A DNA stretch of 63,436 bases, filler included, from Deltaproteobacteria bacterium (GTDB lineage: Bacteria > JAUYMQ01), in the NCBI GenBank assembly GCA_030698575.1. It is 8 parts of 8 records of this genome, joined end to end, with 100 filler letters (N's around TTAATTAATTAA, not from the genome) between each part and the next. Parts side by side here need not be neighbours in the genome. Positions count along the whole stretch, not along the records: positions 18,848 to 23,445 come from JAUYMQ010000553.1; positions 23,546 to 34,502 come from JAUYMQ010000554.1; 6 more parts are not named here. One strand, 5' to 3'. Positions 20,141 through 30,294 of the stretch are shown here, piece after piece. The notes below the pieces were generated by a model. The model did no database searches. It was given only the letters and a program-made list of their open reading frames with translations, and was not told where the DNA came from. The position numbers and the translations under genes were made by a program. Within the stretch, counting starts at the first letter, position 1. Every line of letters begins with the position of its first letter.

Positions 20141-20270
20141 GGCCCCCCACGTCCCCGCCGCCCCCCGGGCGCCGGGGGTGGGGCCGTCCCGGCCCCGTTG
20201 TCCCCGCCCCGCCCATCCTCTACTATCTTAAGAGTCGGATTTCTCCGATAAGATCGCGGGAAACGCCGCC

Positions 20271-22442
20271 ATGCTTCGTTACAACGACATCGCCGAGAAG
20301 GTTCTCAGCTACAACCCCAAGGCCGATCTGGACCTCCTGGGGGGCGCCTACATCTTCTCTGCGAAGGTGCATCAGGGTCAGGTGCGCCTCTCGGGCGAGC
20401 CCTACCTCTCTCATCCGCTGGAGGTGGCCGGCATCCTCGCGGAGATGAAGCTCGACGTGACGAGCATCGCCGCGGGGCTTCTGCACGACACCCTCGAAGA
20501 CAGCTTCACCACCCTCGACGAGCTGAAGACCGTTGTTGGCGATGAGATCGCAAACATCGTCGACGGCGTCACCAAGATCGCCCACATCGAGTTCTCTTCA
20601 AAAAAAGAAGAGCAGGCTGAGAATTTCAGGAAGATGATTCTGGCGATGTCGAAAGATATCCGGATCGTCCTGATCAAGCTCGCCGACCGTCTGCACAACA
20701 TGCGGACGCTCCAGTACCACCGGACCGAGCGCCGCGCCGCGATCGCCGAGGAAACCCTGGACATCTACGCGCCGCTGGCGCATCGGCTGGGGATCGACTG
20801 GTTGAAGTCGGAGCTGGAGGATCTCTCCTTTCGCTACGTCAAGCCGGACATCTACCAGCGAATTGCCGAGTACGTGCGCGCGAACCAGCAGGAGACCGAC
20901 CGCTACATCCAGAAGGTCATCGGAGTTCTCCAGGAACAGCTTACCGCCGCCGGGCTGACGATAGACATAAAGGGCCGCACCAAGAGCGAGTACGGGATCT
21001 ACCGGAAGATGGAGTCGCAGAACCTCTCGATCGATCAGGTCTACGACATCATCGGGTTCCGGATCATCGTCGAGAGCCTGTCCGACTGCTACGCGGCCCT
21101 GGGGATCGTTCACTCGCTCTGGCGGCCGATTCCCGGGCGCTTCAAGGACTACATCGCGCTGCCCAAGGCCAACGGCTACCAGTCGCTGCATACCGCCGTG
21201 ATTGGTCCTTACGGGGCGCGGGTGGAGGTGCAGATCCGCTCGCGGGACATGAACCGCATCGCGGAGGAGGGGATCGCGTCCCACTGGCGCTACAAGGAGG
21301 GGCGCAAGAGCAAGAGCATGTCGCAGGACGAGCAGAAGGACGACGAGCGGTTCGCCTGGCTGCGCCAGCTGCTCGAGTGGCAGCGCGATTTGCAGGACCC
21401 GGGCGAGTTCCTCGACACCGTCAAAATCGATCTGTTCCCCGACCAGGTCTACGTCTTCACGCCGCAAGGCGACGTCAAGCGCTTCCCCAAGGGGTCCACG
21501 CCGGTGGACTTCGCTTACTCGATTCACACCGACGTCGGCAACCGCTGCTCGGGCGCCAAGGTGAACGGCAAGCTCGTCCCTCTGCGCTACCAGCTCCGCA
21601 ACGGCGACATCATCGAGATCCTCACGTCCTCCACCCAGCGACCGAGCAAGGACTGGCTCGACCTGGTCGTGACGGCGCGGGCGCGGAGCAAGATCCGGCA
21701 CGTCATCCACCAGGAAGAGCGGCTCCAGAGCATGAAGATGGGAGCGGATCTGCTCGACCGGGAATTCCGGCGCGCCGGGCTGAACTTCCAGAAGATGCAG
21801 AAGCGCGGTGAGATCCAGCGCGTCCTCGACGAGCTGAACCTGCGCTCCATCGAGGCGCTTCAGTCACAAGTGGGCTACGGGAAGCTTTCGCCCCGCGGCG
21901 TGCTGAAGCGGCTGTTGCCGCCCGACAAGCTCCAGCCCGAGGTGCAGGAGGGGGCCACGCGGCTCGGAGAGATCTTCCGGCGCGCCCTCAAGCGCTCGCG
22001 CCCGAGCGGCATCCAGCTCCGCGGGGTGGGCGACATCCTCGTTCGCTTCGGGAAGTGCTGCGGTCCGGTGCCCGGCGACGAGGTGGTGGGGTTCATTACC
22101 CGCGGCCGTGGCGTGACCGTGCACTCGGCTTCCTGCTCGAAGGCCCTCCTCATCGATCCGGAGCGGCGCGTCGACGTGGAGTGGAACCAGGAGGAGGGCC
22201 TGCTGCACCCGGTGAAGATCCGCATCGTCAGCGTGGACGCCCCCGGCATCCTGGCGCTCCTCTCAAAGACCCTTTCGGCCGCCGATCTGAACATCTCGCA
22301 CGCCCGCATCACGACCACCCGGGACCAGAAAGCCGTCAACACCTTCGAATTCGCCGTCACGAACCTCACCCACCTGAACCGCGTCATCAAGCAGATCGAG
22401 AAGATCCAGGGTGTCATCTCCGTCGAGCGCCTCTCCACCTGA
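20271..22442 (+). CDS. relA/spoT: Bifunctional (p)ppGpp synthetase/hydrolase (long RSH)
   Basis: HD hydrolase LLHDTLED, RFKD, NGYQSLHT, EVQIR, TGS, CC and ACT domains. Confidence 0.97.
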   Translation: MLRYNDIAEKVLSYNPKADLDLLGGAYIFSAKVHQGQVRLSGEPYLSHPLEVAGILAEMKLDVTSIAAGLLHDTLEDSFTTLDELKTVVGDEIANIVDGVTKIAHIEFSSKKEEQAENFRKMILAMSKDIRIVLIKLADRLHNMRTLQYHRTERRAAIAEETLDIYAPLAHRLGIDWLKSELEDLSFRYVKPDIYQRIAEYVRANQQETDRYIQKVIGVLQEQLTAAGLTIDIKGRTKSEYGIYRKMESQNLSIDQVYDIIGFRIIVESLSDCYAALGIVHSLWRPIPGRFKDYIALPKANGYQSLHTAVIGPYGARVEVQIRSRDMNRIAEEGIASHWRYKEGRKSKSMSQDEQKDDERFAWLRQLLEWQRDLQDPGEFLDTVKIDLFPDQVYVFTPQGDVKRFPKGSTPVDFAYSIHTDVGNRCSGAKVNGKLVPLRYQLRNGDIIEILTSSTQRPSKDWLDLVVTARARSKIRHVIHQEERLQSMKMGADLLDREFRRAGLNFQKMQKRGEIQRVLDELNLRSIEALQSQVGYGKLSPRGVLKRLLPPDKLQPEVQEGATRLGEIFRRALKRSRPSGIQLRGVGDILVRFGKCCGPVPGDEVVGFITRGRGVTVHSASCSKALLIDPERRVDVEWNQEEGLLHPVKIRIVSVDAPGILALLSKTLSAADLNISHARITTTRDQKAVNTFEFAVTNLTHLNRVIKQIEKIQGVISVERLST

Positions 22443-22450
22443 GCGCGCAG

Positions 22451-22485
22451 GGGATTGCTTCGTCGCTTTGCTCCTCGCAATGACA
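22451..22485. repeat. REP/RPE-like palindromic element
   Basis: GGGATTGCTTCGTCGCTTTGCTCCTCGCAATGACA resembles the widespread GTCATTGCGAG...GCAATC repeat class. Confidence 0.6.
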
Positions 22486-22611
22486 CGCGCGAAGTGTCGC
22501 ACCGAGGCGGAACCAGAAGCCCGGACCGTCCCTGAGTTCAAATTGGCCCGGCATTAATTTTCCGTTGACTTGTCCGATAACTTCTCGTAAGGCACAGCTA
22601 AGGAGGCCGCC

Positions 22612-23172
22612 ATGATATCTCTCGCCGTTGTGGTTCTCGTCGTCGCACTCGTGGTTGCGGCGGTCGTTGGTCTCTACAACCGGCTCGTGCGTCTGCGCAA
22701 CGGCAGCGAGAACGCATGGAGCGACATCGACGTGCAGCTGAAGCGGCGGCACGATCTTGTGCCCAACCTCGTGGAGACAGTGAAGGGCTACGCGCAGCAC
22801 GAGCAGAAGACCCTGAACGAGGTCGTCGAGGCCCGCGGCCGGGCCCAGCAGGCTGCGACGCCCGGTGAACGGGCGCAGGCGGAGGGGAATCTCAGCCGGG
22901 TCCTGGGCCATCTCTTCGCCCTGGCCGAGGCTTACCCTGATCTCAAGGCCAACGAGAACTTCCTGGGGTTGCAGCGCGAGCTTTCAGGCATCGAGGAATC
23001 GATCCAGAACGCGCGGCGCTACTACAACGCGATCGTCCGCGACCTGAACACCGCCACCGAGACCTTCCCGTCGAATATCGTCGCCAGCACTTTCGGGTTC
23101 GACAAGAAGGAGTACTTCGAGCTCGACAGCGAGGCCGAACGCAGCACCCCGGCGGTCAGCTTTGCGAACTGA
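22612..23172 (+). CDS. lemA: LemA family protein
   Basis: AWSDIDVQLKRRHDLVPNLVETVKGY, AEAYPDLKANENF. Confidence 0.95.
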   Translation: MISLAVVVLVVALVVAAVVGLYNRLVRLRNGSENAWSDIDVQLKRRHDLVPNLVETVKGYAQHEQKTLNEVVEARGRAQQAATPGERAQAEGNLSRVLGHLFALAEAYPDLKANENFLGLQRELSGIEESIQNARRYYNAIVRDLNTATETFPSNIVASTFGFDKKEYFELDSEAERSTPAVSFAN

Positions 23173-23445
23173 GCCAGCTCGCCGCTCGCTCCTCATACTC
23201 GCCCTTCTCTTCTTCCTTGCCCCCGCCCTGTCCGGCGCTGAGGAGATTCGAAGCTTCGACGTCGAGGTGCGCGTGGGCCGCGAAGAGCCCTTCACGGTCA
23301 CCGAGCAGATTGCCTACGACTTCGGCGCCGAGAACAAGCACGGCATCTACCGGCTCGTGCCCCTCCGATACACCCGCAGTTTCGGGCCGGATGACCGCAT
23401 CGGCGTGGAAGTCGTTGAGGTCACCGACGAAGCGGGCCGCGAGCG
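23162..23445 (+). CDS. DUF2207-type membrane protein (3' partial)
   Basis: Signal peptide then EEIRSF...VTEQIAYDF...HGIYR; usual lemA neighbour. Confidence 0.75.
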
Positions 23446-23545
23446 NNNNNNNNNNNNNNNNNNNNNNNNNNNNNNNNNNNNNNNNNNNNTTAATTAATTA
23501 ANNNNNNNNNNNNNNNNNNNNNNNNNNNNNNNNNNNNNNNNNNNN

Positions 23546-24205
23546 TGGGAGCCGATGAGCGAGCTCGATCAGCACGTTTATCAGTATCTACGCCCCTGGC
23601 GGTATCTCTGGCGATTTGAACCAAGTCCCGTCGGCGATCTCGAGCGCGCTGAAGTCGATGCCTATTTTGAGGATCTCAGAGACTTCCTGGGGAAGGAGTT
23701 CGCAGTCCCGGGCGTCATGGAGGATCCGGAGGGGGCTCGCCATCATGCTTATCTTCTCGCGGCGTCCGGCGGAATCCTGAAGCTTCGCAAGCGTCCCCAG
23801 GACGCCTTGGTGCTCGTCGAACTGGCTTCGCGCCTAAAGACGGACGACGCCGTGCTGACCAACGAGCTTGCCCGGATCTACAGCGGTTTCGGTCGGTGGA
23901 CGGAGGCGGAAAGGCTGTTCCGGCGAGCTTCCGAGCTCGATCCGGCCGAGCCTTCGCATCTGCTCAACGTGGCCAAGCTCGAGTCGCACCTGGGCCGACT
24001 GACCGAGGCGGAAGCCACGATTAGATCCGCACTACGCAATCACGCGGGGGCGCCGGAGCCCTACTACCAGCTTTACGAACTGGAAAAGAAGCGAGGGCGT
24101 AACACCGCGGCCCGAGAGGCCCTCGAGCAGGCCATCACCCGGACCCGCGATGAGGGCGACCGTGCGCGCTGGCGCGCGGCCCTCGGCGCGGGAGAGAAGT
24201 CGTGA
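23546..24205 (+). CDS. TPR-repeat protein (5' partial)
   Basis: Repeats such as GRWTEAERLFRRASELDP and GRLTEAEATIRSAL. Confidence 0.8.
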   Translation, partial: WEPMSELDQHVYQYLRPWRYLWRFEPSPVGDLERAEVDAYFEDLRDFLGKEFAVPGVMEDPEGARHHAYLLAASGGILKLRKRPQDALVLVELASRLKTDDAVLTNELARIYSGFGRWTEAERLFRRASELDPAEPSHLLNVAKLESHLGRLTEAEATIRSALRNHAGAPEPYYQLYELEKKRGRNTAAREALEQAITRTRDEGDRARWRAALGAGEKS

Positions 24206-26037
24206 TGCGATCCCAGGGAGGTTTCAGGGAGATCTTCGCGATCGCCGCGTGGCTCTGGCTGGGCGGCGTGCTGCTCTACGCGGCGGGGATCGCCGGCGCC
24301 CTCGGGCAAGCCACGCTCGTCTTTCTGGCGGTCGTCATCGGAGGCGGACTCGTCGTGCTGGCCGCGCGATCACCCGCATCGCGCCGGGCCGTATCGGCGG
24401 CTGTGCGCGCACATCCGCTGCCCGCCGTCGCGCTCGCGGCCGCTGCCGCAATCCCGCTCTACCTCGGACTCTCGCCGCCTGTCGCGCGTGACGCGCTCAT
24501 TCACCACCTCGCGCTTCCGCGCCTGTTCCTCGATGCGGGTCGCATCGTCGACGTCCCCTTCGCCCTGCATGCGGCCTATCCGCAGGGGACCGACATGCTC
24601 TACCTGCTCCCCGTGGGGCTCGGCGCCGACTGGACCTCGGGGTGGATTCATCTCGGCTTCGGGATCCTTGCGTCGGCCGTGCTGGGCATGCGCGCGCGCC
24701 GCTGGGCGGGAGACCGCGCGGGGCTGCTTGCCGCGGCGCTCTTCCTGGGCCTCCCCGTGGTGGCGCGGCTCGCCGGGTCGGCATACGTCGATCTGGCTTT
24801 CTGCCTCTATGTTTTCCTGGCGATGGAGGCGTTCCTCCGCTGGCGCGAGGCGGGCTGCACCGGACCCTGGTTGGCCATGGCCGGACTCGCCGCGGGCTTC
24901 GCCCTGTCTTCGAAGTACCAGGCGCTTCTTGTCATCGCGCTCCTGGGCGTGATGGTTCTCTTAAGCGCAGTTCGCCGTGGAGGCATCCTCCGGGGAGCGC
25001 AGGCGGCATGCCTGTTCGGGTTGCTGGCGCTGCTGCCACCCTCGCCGTGGCTCGCCCAAAACGCCTGGGCGCATCACAATCCGGTGTATCCGCTCTTCTC
25101 GCATCAGATCGGCGACGCTGCCGGCGATGCCGCCGAGAGTGCCGGCCCACTGCTGCTCCGGCGCCTCCAGTACGGCGAGAGCAACCTTGAGATTGCCGCC
25201 CTTCCGTTCCGCATCTTCCTGTCCGGGCGAGAGAACGATCCGCGCCGATTCGACGGGCGACTGAACCCCTTCCTCCCTCTGCTTGCGGCGGCAGTGCTGC
25301 TGCTCCGGCGTCGCGGCGCCACGCTTTCCGGAGCGGGTCTGCTGACGGCCTTCGCCGTCGCCGGCGTTTTTCTGGCTCTCGGCACCCAGGTGGCGCGGGC
25401 GCGCTACGTGCTCCCCTTCGTGGCGCTGCTTTGCCCACTGGCAGGGGCAGCGGCGGTTCGCTGGCGCGCGCCGGCGGCGCGTGCGCTCCTGGCTTGCGCG
25501 CTCATCTGGAACGGCTTCTTCGGGCTGCGCGCCGCATGGGAGGCCGATCTGTTTTCATACGTCGCGGGAAGCGAGAGCCGCGAGGCCTACCTCGTGCGAC
25601 GCCTCCCCGCCTATCCGCTCTACGCGTCCGTGAACGCGCTCGTTCCGAAGGAGGGGCGGGTCCAGCTCCTGTTCATGGGGGACCAGGGCTACTACCTCGA
25701 CGTGCCCTACATCTACGAACCCTATTTCAGCGGGGTGGGCCTTGCGCGAGCGCTGGCCGCGGGGCCGGACGGCGCCGCAGACTACTTCCGGGACCAGGGC
25801 GTGACGCACTTCCTGGTCAACGAGACGCTGCTGCGCCGGTTCCTCGACGGCCGCCGGGGGAGCGGGGGCAGCGCGGGCTTCGAGGCCTTCGCGAACGCCT
25901 GGACGACCAGGCTCGACGGGCGGGGCGCCTGGTCGCTATACGAAATCGACAATATGAAGCCAGATCAAGAGGTTATGGCGGGGAAGGCGGTCAAGATAGC
26001 GCCCGAAACTGCCGATGAGTGGACCAGGGGCGGGTAG
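24202..26037 (+). CDS. GT-C membrane glycosyltransferase (ArnT/PMT-like)
   Basis: Many TM helices; DALIHHLALP, YP, AYVDL, GFALSSKY, NPVYP, RY motifs. Confidence 0.75.
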   Translation: MMRSQGGFREIFAIAAWLWLGGVLLYAAGIAGALGQATLVFLAVVIGGGLVVLAARSPASRRAVSAAVRAHPLPAVALAAAAAIPLYLGLSPPVARDALIHHLALPRLFLDAGRIVDVPFALHAAYPQGTDMLYLLPVGLGADWTSGWIHLGFGILASAVLGMRARRWAGDRAGLLAAALFLGLPVVARLAGSAYVDLAFCLYVFLAMEAFLRWREAGCTGPWLAMAGLAAGFALSSKYQALLVIALLGVMVLLSAVRRGGILRGAQAACLFGLLALLPPSPWLAQNAWAHHNPVYPLFSHQIGDAAGDAAESAGPLLLRRLQYGESNLEIAALPFRIFLSGRENDPRRFDGRLNPFLPLLAAAVLLLRRRGATLSGAGLLTAFAVAGVFLALGTQVARARYVLPFVALLCPLAGAAAVRWRAPAARALLACALIWNGFFGLRAAWEADLFSYVAGSESREAYLVRRLPAYPLYASVNALVPKEGRVQLLFMGDQGYYLDVPYIYEPYFSGVGLARALAAGPDGAADYFRDQGVTHFLVNETLLRRFLDGRRGSGGSAGFEAFANAWTTRLDGRGAWSLYEIDNMKPDQEVMAGKAVKIAPETADEWTRGG

Positions 26038-26060
26038 ACACCGCTTGCCAGGGGGTACGC

Positions 26061-27011
26061 GTGTACCAAGGGAAGAAAGTGGGCGTGGTCGTTCCCGCCC
26101 ACAACGAGGAACTGCTCATCGGGCGGGTGCTCTCCACCATGCCCGAGTTCGTCGATCGCATCATCGTGGTCAACGATGCGAGCAGCGACAAGACCTCAGA
26201 CGTCGTCCGCGCCCACCGCGGTTTCGAGTCGGGGCGCGTCGTCCTCCTGCACCACGAATTGAATCGCGGCGTCGGCGCGGCCATCGTCACCGGCTACCAG
26301 CGGGCCCTCGAGATGGGGCTCGATGTGGCGGTCGTCATGGCCGGCGACGCGCAGATGGATCCTGCGGACCTCCCGCGCCTTCTCGACCCCATCGCCGCCG
26401 GCGAGGCCGACTACGTGAAGGGAAATCGCCTGTTCCGCGGGGAGTCGTGGGAGATGATTCCGCGGGTCCGGTATCTGGGAAACGCCTTTCTTTCACTCTT
26501 CACCAAGATTGCGTCGGGCTACTGGCACATCGCCGACTCCCAGTCGGGCTACACGGCGATCACGGCGACCGCGCTCGAAAGAATCGATCTGGATCGGATC
26601 TACACCCGCTACGGGATGCCGAACGACATCCTGATCCGGCTCAACGTGGCGAACTTCCGTGTGCGGGACGTCTCCGTGCGCCCGATCTACCACATCGGCG
26701 AGAAGTCGGGCATCCGGCTCCACAGCGTGGTCCCGCGCATTGCCTGGCTGCTCGTGCGGGGCTTTGCCTGGCGGCTCAAGGAGAAGTACGTCATCCGCGA
26801 CTTTCATCCACTGCTCTTCTTTTACCTGATGGGGCTTCTGCTCACGCCCATCGGTGTCGCGATCGGATCCTGGGGGCTTCTCCATCGCTTCCTGATCGGG
26901 CCGATCTCTCCCACGACGGCGATCTTCGCGGCGTTTCTGTTCATCTCCGGATGTCAATCGCTGTTCTTCGCCATGTGGTTCGACCTCGACTACAACAAGC
27001 ACCTCCGCTGA
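26061..27011 (+). CDS. GT2 polyprenol-phosphate glycosyltransferase (DPM1/ArnC-like)
   Basis: VVVPAHNEE, VNDASSD, NRGVGAA, GDAQMDP, DSQSGY; two C-terminal TM helices. Confidence 0.9.
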   Translation: MYQGKKVGVVVPAHNEELLIGRVLSTMPEFVDRIIVVNDASSDKTSDVVRAHRGFESGRVVLLHHELNRGVGAAIVTGYQRALEMGLDVAVVMAGDAQMDPADLPRLLDPIAAGEADYVKGNRLFRGESWEMIPRVRYLGNAFLSLFTKIASGYWHIADSQSGYTAITATALERIDLDRIYTRYGMPNDILIRLNVANFRVRDVSVRPIYHIGEKSGIRLHSVVPRIAWLLVRGFAWRLKEKYVIRDFHPLLFFYLMGLLLTPIGVAIGSWGLLHRFLIGPISPTTAIFAAFLFISGCQSLFFAMWFDLDYNKHLR

Positions 27012-27046
27012 CGCTGCCCCCACGCGGGGCGGCAACGGGAAGAATC

Positions 27047-28231
27047 ATGCGCGCACTCTGGCTTACCAGTTCCTATCCGAGATCGACCGAAGATCATGCC
27101 GGAATATTTCTGCACCGCTGGGCCCGCGGGCTCGTGCGGCGCGGGGTCGCGGTGCGCGTGCTCGCGCCGGGAGCCCCCGACGCGCCGGCGCGGGAAATGC
27201 TGGACGGCGTCGAAGTGGTCCGTTTCTCTTACTTCTGGCCCCGGTGGAAGCAACGCCTGGCCTACGGCCGCGCGGGACTCATGGTCGGGCTCAAGGACAG
27301 CCCGCTCGCGCAGGCGCAGCTCCCGACCTTTGCAGCCAGCCTTTTCTGGAACACCCTGCGGGAGTGCGGTGACGCCGATGCCCTCCACGCCTTCTGGACC
27401 CCGATGGGCGCTGTGGCGCTGGCTGTCCGCCAGCTGAGGCGGCGCCCCGTGGTGCTCTCGCCCCTCGGCACCGACCTGCGATCACTTCCCCGGTCCTTCA
27501 ACCGCGTCGTTGTGGCGGGGGCGCAGGCCATCGTGGCGGGAGGCGGTGCCGGCACGGAGGTGCACGATCGGCTGGCGACCATGACGCGCAAGCCGCTCCA
27601 CCCGATCTTCCTGCCCATCGACGAGGCCGGCCTCGACGCCGCCGACGGCGAGGCATTCCGGAACGAGCTGGGGCTCAAGAGAGAGCCGGTGGTCACCTTC
27701 ATCGCGCGGATGTACGAACAGAAGGATCCCTGGACCTTCCTCGACGCCGCGCCGCTCATCCTCGCAAAACGGCCCAGAACGCGCTTTGTGATGGTCGGCG
27801 ACGGCCCGCTTCTGCCGCTCCTGCGGGAAGGCGCCAAGGCGCGGGGGATCTGGGACAGCACCTTCCTCACGGGCGCCCGCAACGACGTCGGCGCGATCCT
27901 CAAGGCTTCGAACGTCTTCGTCTCGCTCAACCTGCTGGACAACTGCTGGGCCACAACCATCGCCGAGGCGATGCACCTCGGCGTTCCCTGCGTGGTGAGC
28001 GACGGCGGACAGGAGCGAAAACTCTTCCCAGACGGAGACGCAGCCCTGCTCGTGCCACAGGAGGACCCTGCCGCGCTGGCCGGCGCCGTTCTGCGCATCC
28101 TGTCGAAGCGCGATCTCACCGCGCGGCTTGCCGAGGGTGGCCGGGGGCTTCTGGCGGCTCACCGCAGGCAGGACGATCTCATCGTGGAGGACACCATCAA
28201 CCTCTATCAGAGCGTGACCAATGGCCATTGA
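27047..28231 (+). CDS. Glycosyltransferase family 4
   Basis: LTSSYPR, ARMYEQKD, VGDGP, EAMHLGVP. Confidence 0.88.
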   Translation: MRALWLTSSYPRSTEDHAGIFLHRWARGLVRRGVAVRVLAPGAPDAPAREMLDGVEVVRFSYFWPRWKQRLAYGRAGLMVGLKDSPLAQAQLPTFAASLFWNTLRECGDADALHAFWTPMGAVALAVRQLRRRPVVLSPLGTDLRSLPRSFNRVVVAGAQAIVAGGGAGTEVHDRLATMTRKPLHPIFLPIDEAGLDAADGEAFRNELGLKREPVVTFIARMYEQKDPWTFLDAAPLILAKRPRTRFVMVGDGPLLPLLREGAKARGIWDSTFLTGARNDVGAILKASNVFVSLNLLDNCWATTIAEAMHLGVPCVVSDGGQERKLFPDGDAALLVPQEDPAALAGAVLRILSKRDLTARLAEGGRGLLAAHRRQDDLIVEDTINLYQSVTNGH

Positions 28232-29177
28232 GGGGAAGAATATCTTTGTCACGGGCGGCGCCGGCTTCATCGGCAGCAAGTTCGTCGAGCGCGTCATCGA
28301 GAAGAATCGGGTCGTGGTGTACGACAGCTTCGCGCGAAACTCGATCGAAAGCGGCCCGGCCTGGAATCACCCGAACCTCCGGATCGTAAAGGGCGACATT
28401 CTGGACTTCGCGCGCCTCAAGGAAGCGATGCGTGGCACCCAGATTGTCATCCATCTGGCCGCGGTTGCGGGCATCGACACCGTCATACGCAGCATCACCA
28501 ACACGATGAAGGTCAACCTCATCGGGACCTACCACGTCCTGGAATCGGCGGTGGCGCTGGGCGGGATCGAGCGCCTCGTGGATTTCTCGACGAGCGAGGT
28601 CTTCGGGAGCTACGCCTACAAGAGCGAGGAAGGCGACACGACCGCACTCGGAAGCGTGGGGGAGGGGCGGTGGACCTACGCCGTCTCCAAGCTCGCAGCC
28701 GAGCATCTGGGGCATGCCTACTGCTCGGAGCAAGGATTGCCCCTGGTAAGTATTCGCCCCTTCAACGTCTACGGCCCGGGCCAGGTCGGAGAGGGCGCAA
28801 TTCACATTTTCGTTCGCCGCGCGCTGGCGAACGAGCCGATTGAGATTCACGGCGACGGCGATCAGATCCGGAGCTGGTGCTACGTGGACGATCTAGTGGA
28901 CGGCCTGATGGCCTGCGTCACCAACGAGAAGGCCGTGGGGAACGTCTTCAACATCGGCAACCCCCGGGGAACCATCACCATCTTCGGTCTCGCGGAGACC
29001 GTGCTCAGGGTGACCGGAAGCCGGAGCGAGTTGCGGTTCGTTCCGAAGAACTACGCGGACGTCGAACTGCGAATTCCCAGCATCGAGAAGGCGAAGACGA
29101 TACTCGGCTTTTGCCCCCAGGTGGATCTCGAAGAGGGCATCCGCCGCACCGCGGAGTGGTATCGTGCCGGCGCATGA
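28221..29177 (+). CDS. NAD-dependent NDP-sugar epimerase/dehydratase/decarboxylase
   Basis: TGGAGFIG, STSEVFG, YAVSK (YxxxK), RPFNVYGP. Confidence 0.93.
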   Translation: MAIEGKNIFVTGGAGFIGSKFVERVIEKNRVVVYDSFARNSIESGPAWNHPNLRIVKGDILDFARLKEAMRGTQIVIHLAAVAGIDTVIRSITNTMKVNLIGTYHVLESAVALGGIERLVDFSTSEVFGSYAYKSEEGDTTALGSVGEGRWTYAVSKLAAEHLGHAYCSEQGLPLVSIRPFNVYGPGQVGEGAIHIFVRRALANEPIEIHGDGDQIRSWCYVDDLVDGLMACVTNEKAVGNVFNIGNPRGTITIFGLAETVLRVTGSRSELRFVPKNYADVELRIPSIEKAKTILGFCPQVDLEEGIRRTAEWYRAGA

Positions 29178-30294
29178 CGAAACGGTCCGCCTGGGCCGCC
29201 CGATGATCGACATCGATGACATTCAGGCCGTGGCCGCGGTCCTCGCCACCGGCGATCTTGTGCAGGGCCGGGTGGTCGAGGCTCTCGAGCGAAAACTTTC
29301 CGGTTTCCTGGGAGACGTCGAGGTGGTGGCGGTCAGCTCCGGCACGGCGGCGCTCCACCTGGCGCTGAAAAGCGTGGGTGTCGGGCCCGGAGACGAAGTC
29401 GTGGTGCCGGCCTTCACCTTTCCAGCGACCGCCAACGTCGTCGAGTGGCTGGGCGCTCGTCCGGTCTTCTGCGACATCGCGCCGGGGAGCTTCAACGCCG
29501 GCCCGCGGGAGGTCCTTCGCGTGCTGAGCCGCAGGACCCGCGCAGTGATGCCGGTGCACGCCTTCGGTGAACCCGCCGACGTGCGCGGCATCGCGCATGC
29601 CATCAGGGGCGCCGGTCGGGGAAAGCAGCCGGCAATCATCGAAGACGCCGCCTGCGCGCTGGGCGCGGAGCGCGGGGGCCAGGCTGCGGGAACCATCGGC
29701 GACGCGGGCTGCTTCTCCTTTCACCCGCGCAAGATCATGACGACAGGCGAGGGAGGGCTCGTCATCACCCGAAGGGCGCCGCTCGCGCGGCGGATCCGCG
29801 CGTTGCGATCCCACGGTCTGGTCCGGGGATCCCGCGGCTTCGATCTCGTCGAGCCGGGGCTCAACTATCGCATGACCGATTTCCAGGCGGCCCTGGGCCT
29901 CGCCCAGCTCTCGAGGCTCGGCACGCTCATCGCCCAGCGGGCGGCGCTCGCCGAGGCCTACCGCGAGGCGCTTGACGGTCTGCCGGGCCTCACACTTCCG
30001 CCCATCCCGCTCGAAGGAGTCGGCGTTGCGCAGTCCTTCGTCGTGACGTTCCGCAGCCGCCGGCTGCGCGCGCGGGCCGAGGCGGCGCTGGGGAAGCACG
30101 GCATCGAGACAACCTTCGGCACCCACTGCGTGCCCTTGCTCGGCTGGTACCGGAGGCGCTACGGCCACGAGCGCCGCGATTTTCCAAACGCCGTCGCGGC
30201 CCGCGAGCGCACCCTCTCGCTTCCGCTGCACCCTTCCCTCACGGCGAAGGACCAGGCGCGCGTCATCAGGTGCCTGGAGGAGGCGCTGCTGTGA
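29164..30294 (+). CDS. DegT/DnrJ/EryC1/StrS sugar aminotransferase
   Basis: SSGTAALHLAL, IIEDAACALG, FSFHPRKIMTTGEGG. Confidence 0.94.
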   Translation: MPAHDETVRLGRPMIDIDDIQAVAAVLATGDLVQGRVVEALERKLSGFLGDVEVVAVSSGTAALHLALKSVGVGPGDEVVVPAFTFPATANVVEWLGARPVFCDIAPGSFNAGPREVLRVLSRRTRAVMPVHAFGEPADVRGIAHAIRGAGRGKQPAIIEDAACALGAERGGQAAGTIGDAGCFSFHPRKIMTTGEGGLVITRRAPLARRIRALRSHGLVRGSRGFDLVEPGLNYRMTDFQAALGLAQLSRLGTLIAQRAALAEAYREALDGLPGLTLPPIPLEGVGVAQSFVVTFRSRRLRARAEAALGKHGIETTFGTHCVPLLGWYRRRYGHERRDFPNAVAARERTLSLPLHPSLTAKDQARVIRCLEEALL

